Assembly (NCBI GenBank): GCA_002633005.1
Contig: NMRA01000117.1
Span: 286,579-350,578, forward strand
DNA length: 64,000 nucleotides
Origin: Phoronis australis
Taxonomy: Eukaryota > Animalia > Phoronida
Reading direction: 5' to 3'
Position 1 is the first letter of the stretch, and each line of letters starts with the position of its first letter. Made by a program: the position numbers and the translations under genes. Below are positions 34,901 through 61,172 of this stretch, piece after piece. Below the pieces are notes generated by a model that searched no databases, was not told the origin of the DNA, and saw only the letters and a program-made list of their open reading frames with translations.

Positions 34901-37900
34901 TATTTAATCCACTCCACAGGTGTCTCTATGACAGGCCCATGACCCGGGTAGGCCCTAGAGGGAGACAGGGATAATATTTTCTTCAACGACTGGGTGTAGT
35001 CGAATAAATCTTCAAAAACCTGCAAAAATCATTAAACGATATTTAGCAAAGCGCCAGAAACACAGTAAAGATACATTATCTTCATGTTCCTTAGCAACCA
35101 ATTGTACTATGTTATAACTTCCACTACTCAAGTGCTTTTTACAAGAGATATTTAAACTCTGGTTATAGACCCTATTCACGTAGTTGCCATTTTAGTAGTG
35201 AGCTATTTTTTACATTTAAAAAGACATTGCATTTGAGTCATAAATATCATGAGGCACGTGAAAAAATTATGCTCTGCGCAGCAATCAAGTGCAGAACACA
35301 TTGTTTTTAAAACCTAAAAAGGGGCTCACTTAAGATGGCGACTGCAGGAATACGGTGCATAGACAAAAAAGTTTATCTGGCATCTGTTTCATGAAAGCGA
35401 CTTAAACTTGCTTTATGGCTTTTTGGCAAACTGTGTTGAATCACCTTAAGTCAAACCAAGGTCTTAATACGAGTTCTAAGATATTGAAAAACGATAGGGA
35501 CTATAATCCTAATAGTCGTCAATGCATTGACTTTTTATTGCACAATACATACACATGTGCCTTCTCCTAAGACTGTGTCTGCAGTAAAGACGGCATTCTC
35601 TTCTTCAAGCAGTAATGCCATGTGGTCATTGGAGTGACCAGGTGTGAACAGGGCTCTGGAACGATACTACAGTGTCAACTGTTACAGTATACGCCACAAG
35701 AAACCAGACAAAATGACCCATCACTACATGTCATGATGGCTGAGCGCAAGTGAAATCCCACGCTATGATGGTTGAGTGTAAGCCACATTGACCATCATGG
35801 TAGTTCTCTATCATGACAGGAAACTTAAATCAAGTGGAAGAGCTATTCACTAATTCCTTACAGTTTAGATCTTATCAATCGTCATCAAACCTTGTGATAT
35901 CTTTAAAAGATGCATTGCATGACAAACACAGATGACCAATACACTCGTCAAAATATGAATAAAGTTTGAACTGCTAAGGTATAATACTACTGAAAAAAAT
36001 GCAAATCGTCAGACAAGAACATAAGTGTTATTCGTAGCATAATTAACCAAGTTACTCACTTGAGCGTCGCACCTTCAGTTTTAAAGATGTGACCGTCATT
36101 TACAAACGAATAATTCAGATTACTTCCAAGAGGCTCATCATCTTGAAGAGACTTCTGAATCTTGGATATTTTTACTGGAGAACCTCAAAGAAGTTAAAAC
36201 AAATTATGAAGTTTTTGCATGAACTGGCAGCAGATATTTCTACTCAAAGATACTAGTACCTCAAAAACTATTTGGTGTGATTTAATGAGTGAAGTGCAAG
36301 AAAATATATTTATTAAGTATTCTTACAGCAACCATTGAATTTCAAGCTAACAAAGCCATAAAGAATACAACATAGATAGATATGTGCACTAGATAACAAT
36401 GCATAAAGAAAACACACTAAAATACAATTTGTTAAAATTTATATAGACTCGGACCAAACCATTGGCCACTCTCAAATCCGTCTTACCACCATTTTACACA
36501 AAAAAACAAAGAATAATCACCATGAGTGAACAATGCCCCACTTCAAAATAATGTGAATAATAAGAATTCAGTTGTCTCAATGATCTGTTTGAACAGGTCG
36601 CCGCGACCTGTATGATGTTGCCTCTGACCTGTTTAAATAGCATGCGATCCAATTGATTTTTTCATTATCAACAAAAAAGTATCATTTTTGGGTGTTCGCT
36701 ATGATATGCACGCACCATACACTGTCTATATTTTCAAAGTGGTTGTAAATACGACCTGTTTGAATTTTTGAGGGTGGAGAACCATGGAACATGCGTAAGT
36801 TGGACAAAAGCAGCAGGAAATCCTTAAGAACTGTCAACAAGCTGGTGAAGGGAATGGTCATTGTACAACCACTGCCACCTGTGGGTGATTAGAATAGCTA
36901 GAAATGCAGGGACAAACTCACTCAGAACATACAGACAATAAGGAAGTGGGCCTTCCAACTTCACAGCACTAATTACCTGTACTGTCTATTGAAGTCTTTC
37001 ATGCGAAACAGCAAACCAAACTGCAAAACTCAGCTGAATTTTTCACACAGGTCCCAAAATGAGTCAGGGTAGAGAATAGAACTATGCTTTTTTGGCCTTA
37101 CATAAAGTTACAAAACACGCAGCTGATAAATATCACTGGTAAAACTTACTCCTGAGAACATTTGAGCAAACATCGGGGACAGCATCAACATGGTCCTGAT
37201 GCCAGTGAGTGACCAGGATTTCTTGTATGGTAAGTTGATCATCACTTAAGACCTTCGAAAGGTTTTGTAAGTATTCAGGCATGTCTTTATTGCTTGTATC
37301 AATCAGAATTCTCCTGAAACAGTGAAAGAAAAATCTATGACTTACAGCTCAAATTTGTGATCCCAATACTTTTGGCTTTCCCATTTAACATGAAAATCAT
37401 GGACTAAACTAGTCCCAGACTTTCTTATCATGAAAACAGATGATTTTGGATACCATCAAAAAATGACAGATCAGCTACGAAAGATAAGAAGCCGAGCCCT
37501 AACTTGATAGGGTAACAACCAGGTCTGTCAAGATTGGGGGCTTTTTGAAAGTCTTTTGCATGCTTGTCAAAGTTTCAGATGGTCTGTTTGAGGATTGAAA
37601 TCAATTGATGTCATGGCACTGAATGCTTCGAGACATCTGTAGTGTGGATGAGGAAATAAAGCATACCAGTATTTTAGAGGATTAGGAAGGTAACCAACCA
37701 TCCTTACAGTTAGTAGCATAATATATTCACACTGGATACCTCATTTAGACTGACAGCAGCAGAACATGCCTCTAAAGCGGAATGTTACCTTTCTGAAGGC
37801 TTTTTTTGTCCATTTGTAATATTTTGCTTATTAAGGTAATTTGAACCTATTTATTTGGTTTTTACAACATGAAAATAGAAGATAATCAAACAGGAAGTTT

Positions 37901-39556
37901 GGAAATGTCAACCGATCTGTGTAAGCTGTATTACAGCTCTATGTTCAATGGCTCAGCAGTCTGCAGACTTTCAGTTGCGGCTCCATTACATAACAATTTG
38001 CCTTTGACTTGAACAATGATGCCTGAAATGGGTGATAAAACTAATGTTTAATGTAACAAGGAATAATTTGTTGACACACACATTGAGTGCACAGTGTAAA
38101 CATGGTCACACCATCACACTTCTGGTTCAATGAAGAACTAAAGTTATTGTTTTATAATAAAAATCAACTAAAAAGATTCAAAATACATTTCAGAGAAAGT
38201 AAAATTTGCCAAATTCACCAACAATACATTAAAAAGGCAACATTCTTCAGCAATCATTATACGTCTACTAGGATTACAACTATTTGTTTTCTCTCATAAT
38301 TGTCCTTGAAATTTAGATAAGAAAAGGCTGTAAGACACTGTTCATTTTCAATGTTGCTTCTTAAAAATATAAACTAAGTGTTTTCGTTGTCCAAAAATAT
38401 TGCAACACCCCATCTCTTGCAACAGCAACAGAGCAAGATGCTCGCACTAATCTTCAGAACTATTTGCAGACACGACCCAGATAGTGCTACTGCTCAAAAC
38501 ATTGACATGATGATTTTTGCATGAAGAGCTAAGGATTATTAGTCAGTCTTTCAACTATCTATGGAAATGTAACTGAAGACAATAGACTGAGAGAATACAA
38601 AACATCCAGCAGTCACAGTGATTTAACGCCTGAAGGGCAGCAAGTCTATTCTCGCTCTGGACAAATTGTTACTTGGCCAATAGGTTTCAGCTGCAACAAA
38701 GATGTACAACATTGTTAGTTGAAGGATTGTAGATTTGACCCCTTATAATAACAGTGATGGCACGTTAGTAACTGTACCTTACACCTTACACATACATTAC
38801 AGTTGCTAATGTCCCGTCACATAACGTTACCTTGCCCACCACACAATTTAAGTAAACCAAAAGAATTGATGTGCCCGAAGGAAAAGCTTGCTTTCCCAAA
38901 TTATTGAGTTGTAAAGCCTTCAATCAAACAATCACATAGATATAAAAAATGCATGTTCTGTTGAGTGCCCCTAGACTTGGAAATACATATTTGCAGTTCA
39001 CTACCCCGACAGCAAAAGCTACCTGATCAGTCAGTCGGGCAACTTTATGGCATAGACATACGAATGAGTAAAGTATTGCGAGGTTCAGGGACGGATCCAG
39101 GATTTTGAGTTGGGGGAGGGGGGGGGCAGGGCAGAGTATTAGCCAGGATTTTGCCCGTCAGACATTCGCACCCTTGAACTACCAAATGGAATCTGGGAGA
39201 ATTTTAGGCACTGGTCGGATATAACGGTCCCGGATTTAGAAAACCAGGCAGACACTAAATAACGGGCCCTTACTTAGTGGATGAAACTGGTTCTCTAAAT
39301 CAGGGACCACTATATGCAATCAGAGCCAAAGACGGAACGAAGTCCGAGACTAGAGATAGAGTAGAGTACTAGAGTATAGAGGATCAAACTCAAACTCTCA
39401 CAAAATTTTACAACACCAGATCATTCTGTTTTACCGTTTTCCAGTTCCCACTAAATACGAGTTAGTGCCTTGAAGCGTAAAAGGACCCGGATTACAACCT
39501 AAAATACGAATCACACGCTCGGAGAGCTTCTCAATTTTAGGTATTACAGATAACAT
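31884..39556 (-). CDS. LACTB2: Endoribonuclease LACTB2 (metallo-beta-lactamase fold), complete. complement(join(31884-31945,33969-34050,34795-35019,35553-35655,36060-36183,37150-37313,39435-39556)), 293 aa
   Basis: [39 protein letters not shown]; Zn motif THWHQDH (HxHxDH); TPGH; FTAD..LGEG; YPGHG; C-terminal HLTKLQKE..W. Seven GT-AG exons in consistent phase. Confidence 0.95.
32319..33735. mobile_element. Non-autonomous Tc1/mariner-superfamily element (Tc2/pogo-like CCGTA termini) in LACTB2 intron 6
   Basis: TA|CCGTATTCGCCGTAATAACTGCCCA ... TGGGCGGTTATTATGGCGAATACGG|TA: ~25-bp TIR with TA target duplication. GC/CpG-richer than flanks; no transposase ORF. Confidence 0.85.
33969..34050 (-). 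CDS. LACTB2: LACTB2 exon 6
   Basis: [27 protein letters not shown]; 82 nt. Confidence 0.9.
34795..35019 (-). CDS. LACTB2: LACTB2 exon 5
   Basis: [16 protein letters not shown]...YPGHGPVI...[13 protein letters not shown]...IVKIVYI; 225 nt. Confidence 0.94.
35164..35361. mobile_element. Degenerate palindromic MITE
   Basis: TATAGACCCTATTCACGTAGTTGCCATTTTAG..GAGC mirrored by GCTCACTTAAGATGGCGACTGCAGGAATACGGTGCATA. Confidence 0.55.
35553..35655 (-). CDS. LACTB2: LACTB2 exon 4
   Basis: [34 protein letters not shown]; 103 nt. Confidence 0.93.
36060..36183 (-). CDS. LACTB2: LACTB2 exon 3
   Basis: ...[17 protein letters not shown](K)|gtgag. Acceptor ambiguous: GAG (start 36183) or an in-frame CAG 9 nt further in (start 36174). 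Confidence 0.85.
37150..37313 (-). CDS. LACTB2: LACTB2 exon 2
   Basis: RILIDTS...[11 protein letters not shown]; 164 nt. Confidence 0.93.
39086..39198. mobile_element. Truncated copy of the 147-bp MITE at 42623-42769, inverted relative to it
   Basis: Shares CAGGGCAGAGTATTAGCCAGGATTTTGCCCGTCAGACATTCGCACCC with the reverse complement of 42660-42765. Confidence 0.8.
39220..39314. mobile_element. 95-bp hairpin/MITE
   Basis: TATAACGGTCCCGGATTTAGAAAACCAG / CTGGTTCTCTAAATCAGGGACCACTATA. Confidence 0.65.
39435..39556 (-). CDS. LACTB2: LACTB2 exon 1
   Basis: ATG at 39556; ...[21 protein letters not shown](R)|gtaaa; 122 nt. Confidence 0.92.
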
Positions 39557-39858
39557 GCTGAAAATAGACTCAAGGACAACAGGGAGTGAAATTCAGATGT
39601 TTTTCCGGGACAACAACGACATCTGGTGGTAAAACCGATCGACCTTTTACGGAGATATACGACTGTAGCCGATTGGATTCTCGTGTGAATATTTTGTTCG
39701 AGACTTCAACTTCCTTCACTTCCGTAAATTTTGATTCCTTCGGTTTTGTTAAATATGTGGCATTTTGAGTGACAAATTGTAGTGTGATCGTTGCCTCTTG
39801 GAGCTGTATGGAAATGGTACTCTCACAAGATTGCAGATAACACAGTGGAATTACAGAA
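39557..39858. promoter_or_regulatory. Bidirectional promoter shared by LACTB2 and STK3/4
   Basis: The two start codons diverge with only 302 bp between them. The region is CpG-richer than its flanks, with an inverted CCAAT (ATTGG, 39672-39676) and an ETS-like ACTTCCG (39718-39724). Confidence 0.75.
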
Positions 39859-54942
<15,084 letters not shown>

Positions 54943-55578
54943 ATGCCTTTCACTAAAGATCTCTTCGTTTTACAATAGTTGGAAGTGACCTTATAGAAAA
55001 GGCTAATTTTATTTAGTATAAAGTTGATTTCTTATTCAGGTCAAGTGGACGTGATTGGCAACCCAATATATTTTAATTTTCACAGAACAAGCCTAGATAA
55101 AACCCAGATTTTATAGCTGCATATTTCAAACACAAGGTACTAAGACTGTTCATTTCCAGTAACTTCCTTTTTACGCTGGATTTTAGATATTGGCCTTATA
55201 ATACCTATTTTTCTCTTTGTGGTGAAATGCGATGCAGTCATCAGGGTGATGAAGTGTTTGTACATCTAGTCAGTTATTGTTTAGGCATTTTCAGTGTTAA
55301 TTTTTTAGCTTGTCTTCCAGTCTACATCTCTGTACTTTTGGTATCTTGAATGCATAACTTTTGTCAACTGCAACTTAAAAGTGTGTGGTGCTTCATTTTG
55401 CTTCAGTTCAAAACACGAAATTGGCAACTGCCTTAGTCATGTCAGGTGTGACAATTTTTTTCAGTTTATAATGAAACCTGTAGAACCCTGTGAATGCACC
55501 GACTGTTTATAATGTAAATAGAGAATTGCTATCCTTGTCACAGTTTGTAATTACCATTTAATAACTATGGTACTTTTA

Positions 55579-55584
55579 AATAAA
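55579..55584 (+). terminator. Probable polyadenylation signal of STK3/4
   Basis: AATAAA ~640 nt after the stop, followed by a T/GT-rich tract; strand composition changes shortly downstream. Confidence 0.5.
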
Positions 55585-57051
55585 CTGATAAAACATCAAT
55601 ACTTGTTTTCTATTTCAAGTATAGAGTTATGTTACAGAAATTTATCAAGAGACTATGCTGGATAAAATTAATGTAATTCTTCCAGGGAATTTACAGTTTA
55701 ACCGTTTCAAAAACTAGTTACAATACATCTCCACGCCAACTCGCAACATAAAATGATTATAATACCTCAATGGGCCAGCCTTCATTACAGTGAAAAGGAA
55801 AACTTTAGATCACAAAACGTAGACAACTTTAAAATTGTGAGAAATTTATGAATGAAATCATTTAACCGATAATTTATGACAACCAGTAACACAATCGACT
55901 GATAATGTCTAGTGAAATTCTGCAGCCAAAACTGCATTTTTATAGAAGTATGAAACATCACAAAATCCGAAACGAGATTTTGATGAATACTACTTCAGTC
56001 TCCTATTAGGCTTCAAAACAAGAGATTGCAGGTCCTAAGCCTGACAAGACACCACAGTCAGATCAGGGGTGCACTACGTTAGGAAAATTTTGGCAAGAAT
56101 AAACAGTAGCGTAACATCACATGAACAAAGGTTAAGCGTTTTGTAAGGTCACAACCTTACTAGTATACACTAGTAAAAAAATGCTAATGAGCTAATTGAT
56201 CAGCGAAGCCAAAATCTTGAATTAAGTGACAAAAAAAACTAACAAGATTTCCATTACACGAGTCATGATTTTTCAGTGAGAGCCGCATCACAGAAAGTGC
56301 CCTAAATGAACCACTTAGGTCCTGTCCATACTATTCATTTGAAAACAAGAAGTTCACCACCGCAGAAATATCGTAATATTGAATTTTCAAGTTAATTTTC
56401 AAAAAGTTCTTGTCCACAAATACTGTTTTGGCACCATTTTCAAAGTTTTCTGTCCATGTGAATACGCAAAAACGACTGAAAGTGCAACTCTTTCTTTGCA
56501 TTGTCAAAGTTTTCCGTCCACACGAATAAGTTCATCTAATCGAGACATTAGTGACCTCAAACTTACATTAATGTCTGTGCACACAAATACACTATTATCA
56601 AAAATTGTTTTGGTGCTGGTTGCATAATGCGTGGATAGAAGTCATATCCGTACAGTAAAAGTTGTGTTCTCAAATAGTTCCACTGAGAAGTGTTTTCCAT
56701 ATTTTACAATCTAATTCAGTAGATACAAGCAGATGAAACCTGCAGCCATAAAGAAAATATTTTGCCTATTCAAAACTTAACTTTTTTTAAATCAGTGTAC
56801 ACCTGAGAACACAAGTCATAACTGTAAAGAAAAAAGTAACATTATCAAATGAAAAGTGAGTCGTGTATACAGGGCCTGAGGTTCAGTAAAATGTGTTTTA
56901 CACAACATCAAAACCATTACATGATTTGTTCAAATGACACTTACACGCAACCACACTGTATTCAAAATACAAGCACATACAAAGCACTGAGTTTAACACA
57001 CTGGCAATGTTGAAAACATCAACAACAAACTTTTTGAAGGAAGTTGTAGTG

Positions 57052-57157
57052 TTATTTGGTCTTGACATCTTCATCTTCTGAACTGGTATTGTCAACATAA
57101 TCTTGATTTTCTAATCCTAGAAACTTTCGAATCAACTCTGCAATCCCTTCATGTTCT
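57052..57157 (-). CDS. CYBC1: CYBC1-like last coding exon
   Basis: EHEGIAELIRKFLGLENQDYVDNTSSEDEDVKTK*; 106 nt. Confidence 0.83.
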
Positions 57158-60100
57158 CTATAAAAACAGAATGCACAACACTGTTGAGGTCAGACATGTA
57201 AGACAAGTTTGCGTGACAAAGACTACAATCTGAATGAAGCTCGATGGCTGAAAAGTGACAAATAATCACATCAGTCACAAACATATAGTTTCACAATGAG
57301 TCTGTATGTTCATATTATTTGTCAAACAATGGAAGAGATAATAGCTATATGCCACACAGTAATACTCTCACAAGTCTGATGTTCATTTTTCCTCAGACAA
57401 AGTTTTGTGGTAAAGTGGCTCAAGTTTTATTTTATGACCTTGAGATAAGTCACATTCCGTGTTACTAGGTTAAAGCCATTTTGTCCCAATGGGACTGAGC
57501 CTTAATGTATTTCAATTATGATTATCATTTAGGTATAAAGACTAGTGTTATTAGGATTAACAATGATACAAAATTTTGCCCAGACCTAGACCAGCATGGA
57601 AAGTTGTGAACATTATCCCATTTCACAGAATGTTGGAGGATTTAACTACGAACAAAGAACTACCGTTAATCATTTAGTTGAAATCATACGGTATATTCGT
57701 GCATTGAAGCCCATATGCCAGTTTGTGAAATCACGCATCTGAACTAAAGTACAAAAGCCAAAAAGCGAAACATTCATGAAAATCCAAGGAGCAAGTTTAA
57801 CACCAAGTAAATGAACTGTGCAGCAATTTGCGTCTCTCAACATGTTTCCAATTTTGCATTAAATAACTATGACTGGACAAAAACAACCAGCTTAAGACAT
57901 TTCCCTGTAATGTGGGGCACCCACATGGGCTTGAAAGACGTTGGACACCCACTGGGGCCTAAAAGATGTAGAACACCCACTGGGGACTTAAAGACATTGG
58001 ACACCCACCAGGACATGAAAGAAGTTGGACATCCACCTGGGAATGAAGGGAAAGCTTCGGCACATGTTGCCATGGGTGAATCACTTAAGGACAGCATTTC
58101 AAAAAATGACTTTTTCAATTTTAGCTTCATGGGTTTAAATGTGCCCAAATAATGCACTAAACAACCCAATGAGATACACATGAGAGTTACTTATGAAGGA
58201 TAACAGTGGTTGGTCTTACGTAATGTCATCCAGTGTGAATGACTCTGTCACTCCCAACTCATAACCAGCAGCAAACTTGAGTAGTACACAGTGACCCCGA
58301 CCAGCAAACTTCAAATCCTCTTCATCAATGTTCACTTCAACAATCTCTGAGAGTTCATCCACATCTAAACCAAAATCATACAATTATTCCTAATCAACAC
58401 TATTCTTAAGTCAGAATACTCTCATCCACTGGAAAAGGAAGGGTCACTTTTCTAAGTAAAACATCAGTGCACATTTTTCACTAGTAAAATTTTGGGAAAA
58501 CCGTGCAACAGAAAATCCTTCAATAGGCTAAAGATCGTTAGTGGTACACTTTGACTGAAACTGAGAACATTCACTGGTAATTTATCATATCCTATTCAAG
58601 CAAAGTTTTCATATGCAAACCTTAAATGAAAATAAAATGAATCATTTTGAAAGTCTCACGAAACTGTTAAAAACTCAATGAAAGTAGTAAACACTAAAAC
58701 AGCGTTTTCATTACAAAATTTTCCTCATTAACTAGATATACTGAGTCTTTCTGAGATTGGAGTTAAAGAAAGAATGGCCTCATACCAAGTTCATAAGTTA
58801 AATTCTTAAAAAAGGCAGATAAGGCCACTGATCAGAAGGGAGAACAGCCACTTAAAAAGCAGCATTACGAAAGGCTTCCTATTTGCTGTCTTACCAGTGA
58901 TTAGCATGCAAAATATTCTGACTAATCATGAGCAGTCACCAGAGGTGAACAGAGTTGAGCTGCAAATTATATTCTTGGAATGATCAAACAGCATGCGAAA
59001 ACTGTATTACATTACAACCACAAATTGAAAAAGATCATTGGCCCAACTAATTAAGTTTATGCCACATCTGTCTACTTACTTATTTTCTGAGAAGAGAAGC
59101 TGTTCGAAAAGAATGATAAAATCTTTTCTGTGGAAGATAATTTGGATATGGTCACACAGCCAGTGACTTTGTCAAATGTACAGTCCTGAAATGAACAAAT
59201 AACACGTTTTATGACGGTTAAACATGAGTCTGTGATGATTTTAAAATTTCAAGTTTTTAGCAGTAAAGTTTTTGCGATACTGGGTTAGAGAAACTTGGGT
59301 AAGTCGAACATGTACAGGTTGGATTTTTGTTTCAACTCATACAAAGTTCTGCTCTGTGGTTGCTCAATTTCTTAAACTTGGCCCTTCATTCAAGTTGGGT
59401 TTCACCTACCTCGTCTGATAAATCTCTTGTTCCAGTTGGATTCGACTTATGCAAGTTTTATGGCACTAACTTTTAATGTTTTTCTAACAGTCCCAGGGCT
59501 AGTCAAACACAGTAAAGGTTGACAATGGTGAAGCATGCCAAAACATGTATGAATGAACACCATTAGAACGAGCAGTGCTAAATCCTGAAGAATGACCAGC
59601 CACTTACATTTGCACCCAAAATGGTATTTTAAAGTCATTATTGACCATGCTTTGTTGTCAAAAACAACTTTCTACAGAGGCGTATTAGCTCTTCCAAAGA
59701 AAAGTTTTTGTGTTCTTACCCTTTATTTGAATTGCAGTTCCTTGCTGAAGTTCCAAATGGCCATCTGTTGAAATTAACCCACAGTGTCATGCAAATTTCC
59801 TGAGCCTACTTTGAGGTAATAACGAACTATAAGCTCTTCTAAGTCAGGAAATCATTTTCAAATTTGAGTGAAGGACTATTTGAAACTGATTTTATAGCAC
59901 TACATCGCCTAAAGCAGAATACGTGTAGGACAGATTGGCTACTTAGTTCCATCCAACAATTACAACAGAATGGTGGGTTTTGGAGGATTTTCCCAATTAC
60001 AGATGTATCTTGAAAAAGTACACTAGGATTGCTAACCACCAAACTTTACTCAAGACTGGACTCAAAAATTGACCAATCACATCATCTGAAATTGAAAAAA

Positions 60101-60939
60101 ATATACTCAAAGCAAGGCAAGAGATTTGTCAATTTTCGATTTGAGTCACGAGTAAACTTCAATGGTCATGAGCCCGTACTACGCACATATATGTAAGCAT
60201 TGTTTTGTAGTGGATACTTTACCTCCCAGTCGTCCATTAACTGAATCCCAACCACTATAGCACCAATAACAAACAATGCCTCATAGATATTGTTATCTGA
60301 AAAGAGAACTAATGATACATTGATGAACATTTGTCACAAAAGAACCCCAACCTTGAATGGACGAACACTTGTCACTACTAATGACACGAGCGTTGACTTG
60401 GTTTGTCATTTAATCATAAATCAACGTGATGCTTATACGCGACTACAGTAATTTTCCAATATTTTGCACAACTAATTCATTTTTTCTCTTCAGTTCTTCA
60501 AAGGCTGGTTACCTTGCTCCAAATAATGGAAACTTGAACAAATGTTGTTTTATGACATTCACACGTCACAAACCACGCTGGTAATAGACTAAAAAGTTAT
60601 AAATCTTTTCATTGTGGAGAAAGTTTGAAAAATAGAATTTCACTAGTCAAACACATTTTGTGCTAAATAAGTGAAGAAACTGTGATTCCTCAGTGTGACG
60701 CTAGGTCAACACTAAAGCCTACCGTAAACACAGAACCTCTTGAATGTAATCAAACGTTTACACAGCTCAAGATTTTCAATACTGCTTTCTGCACAAGTGA
60801 GTGCTAATAAAACAGTCACTCTTTAATCAGATGTTTATTTACTGACTTGCAAACCTTTTCTGAGACAGACGCAATGGCAAACATAAAAACCACTTACGTG
60901 TACTGAAGTATGCAGCACCCAGTCCCAATGCAGCTAAAC
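57052..60939 (-). CDS. CYBC1: Cytochrome b-245 chaperone 1 (EROS/C17orf62)-like, 5'-partial. complement(join(57052-57157,58220-58364,59080-59185,60223-60296,60898-60939))
   Basis: The spliced translation GLAALGLGAAYFST-HNNIYEALFVIGAIVVGIQLMDDWE-DCTFDKVTGCVTISKLS...-NVDELSEIVEVNIDEEDLKFAGRGHCVLLKFAAGYELGVTESFTLDDIT-EHEGIAELIRKFLGL parallels recalled human EROS (GLAAAYYSG...VQNLEDWEEAIFDKSTG...VSVEEEKVRYFGKGY..VLRLATG...AIAKLITSFL). All junctions are GT-AG and in phase. Confidence 0.85.
57916..58040. repeat. Degenerate ~30-bp tandem repeat x4
   Basis: gacacccactggggcttaaagacgttg-like units. Confidence 0.7.
58220..58364 (-). CDS. CYBC1: CYBC1-like exon
   Basis: (N)VDELSEIVEVNIDEEDLKFAGRGHCVLLKFAAGYELGVTESFTLDDI; 145 nt. 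Confidence 0.87.
59080..59185 (-). CDS. CYBC1: CYBC1-like exon
   Basis: DCTFDKVTGCVTISKLSSTEKILSFFSNSFSSQKI; 106 nt. Confidence 0.85.
60035..60175. mobile_element. Palindromic MITE
   Basis: TTTACTC..GACTCAAAAATTGACCAATC mirrored by GATTTGTCAATTTT..TTGAGTC..GAGTAAA. Confidence 0.55.
60223..60296 (-). CDS. CYBC1: CYBC1-like exon
   Basis: (H)NNIYEALFVIGAIVVGIQLMDDWE; 74 nt. Confidence 0.85.
60898..60939 (-). CDS. CYBC1: CYBC1-like exon
   Basis: tttatag|GT...C|gtaag; (G)LAALGLGAAYFST; 42 nt, phase 1-1. Confidence 0.8.
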
Positions 60940-61045
60940 CTATAAATGAAATAGAGTGCAGAGTTAGTAATAGCATTAACCGCTTTCTGCTCAGAGGGGT
61001 AACTTAAAGATCTGACGGAAAATATAAACAAAAGTATGATGCAAA

Positions 61046-61172
61046 AACTGTGAGGTGCTCTGTCTAGCCTAGAGAACCCCAATAAGGGAGATGGAGGGCC
61101 AGTGCAACTGTGAGGTGCTCTGTCTAGCCTAGAGAACCTCAATAAGGGAGATGGGGGGCCAGTGCAACTGTG
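61046..61172. repeat. Tandem repeat, 60 bp x2
   Basis: aactgtgaggtgctctgtctagcctagagaacc..aataagggagatgg.gggccagtgc. Confidence 0.9.

Noticed and set aside
59410-59584. Exon-like segment (CAG...GT) on the - strand in the CYBC1-like intron
   Set aside because: Stops in all three frames, and the flanking exons join correctly without it
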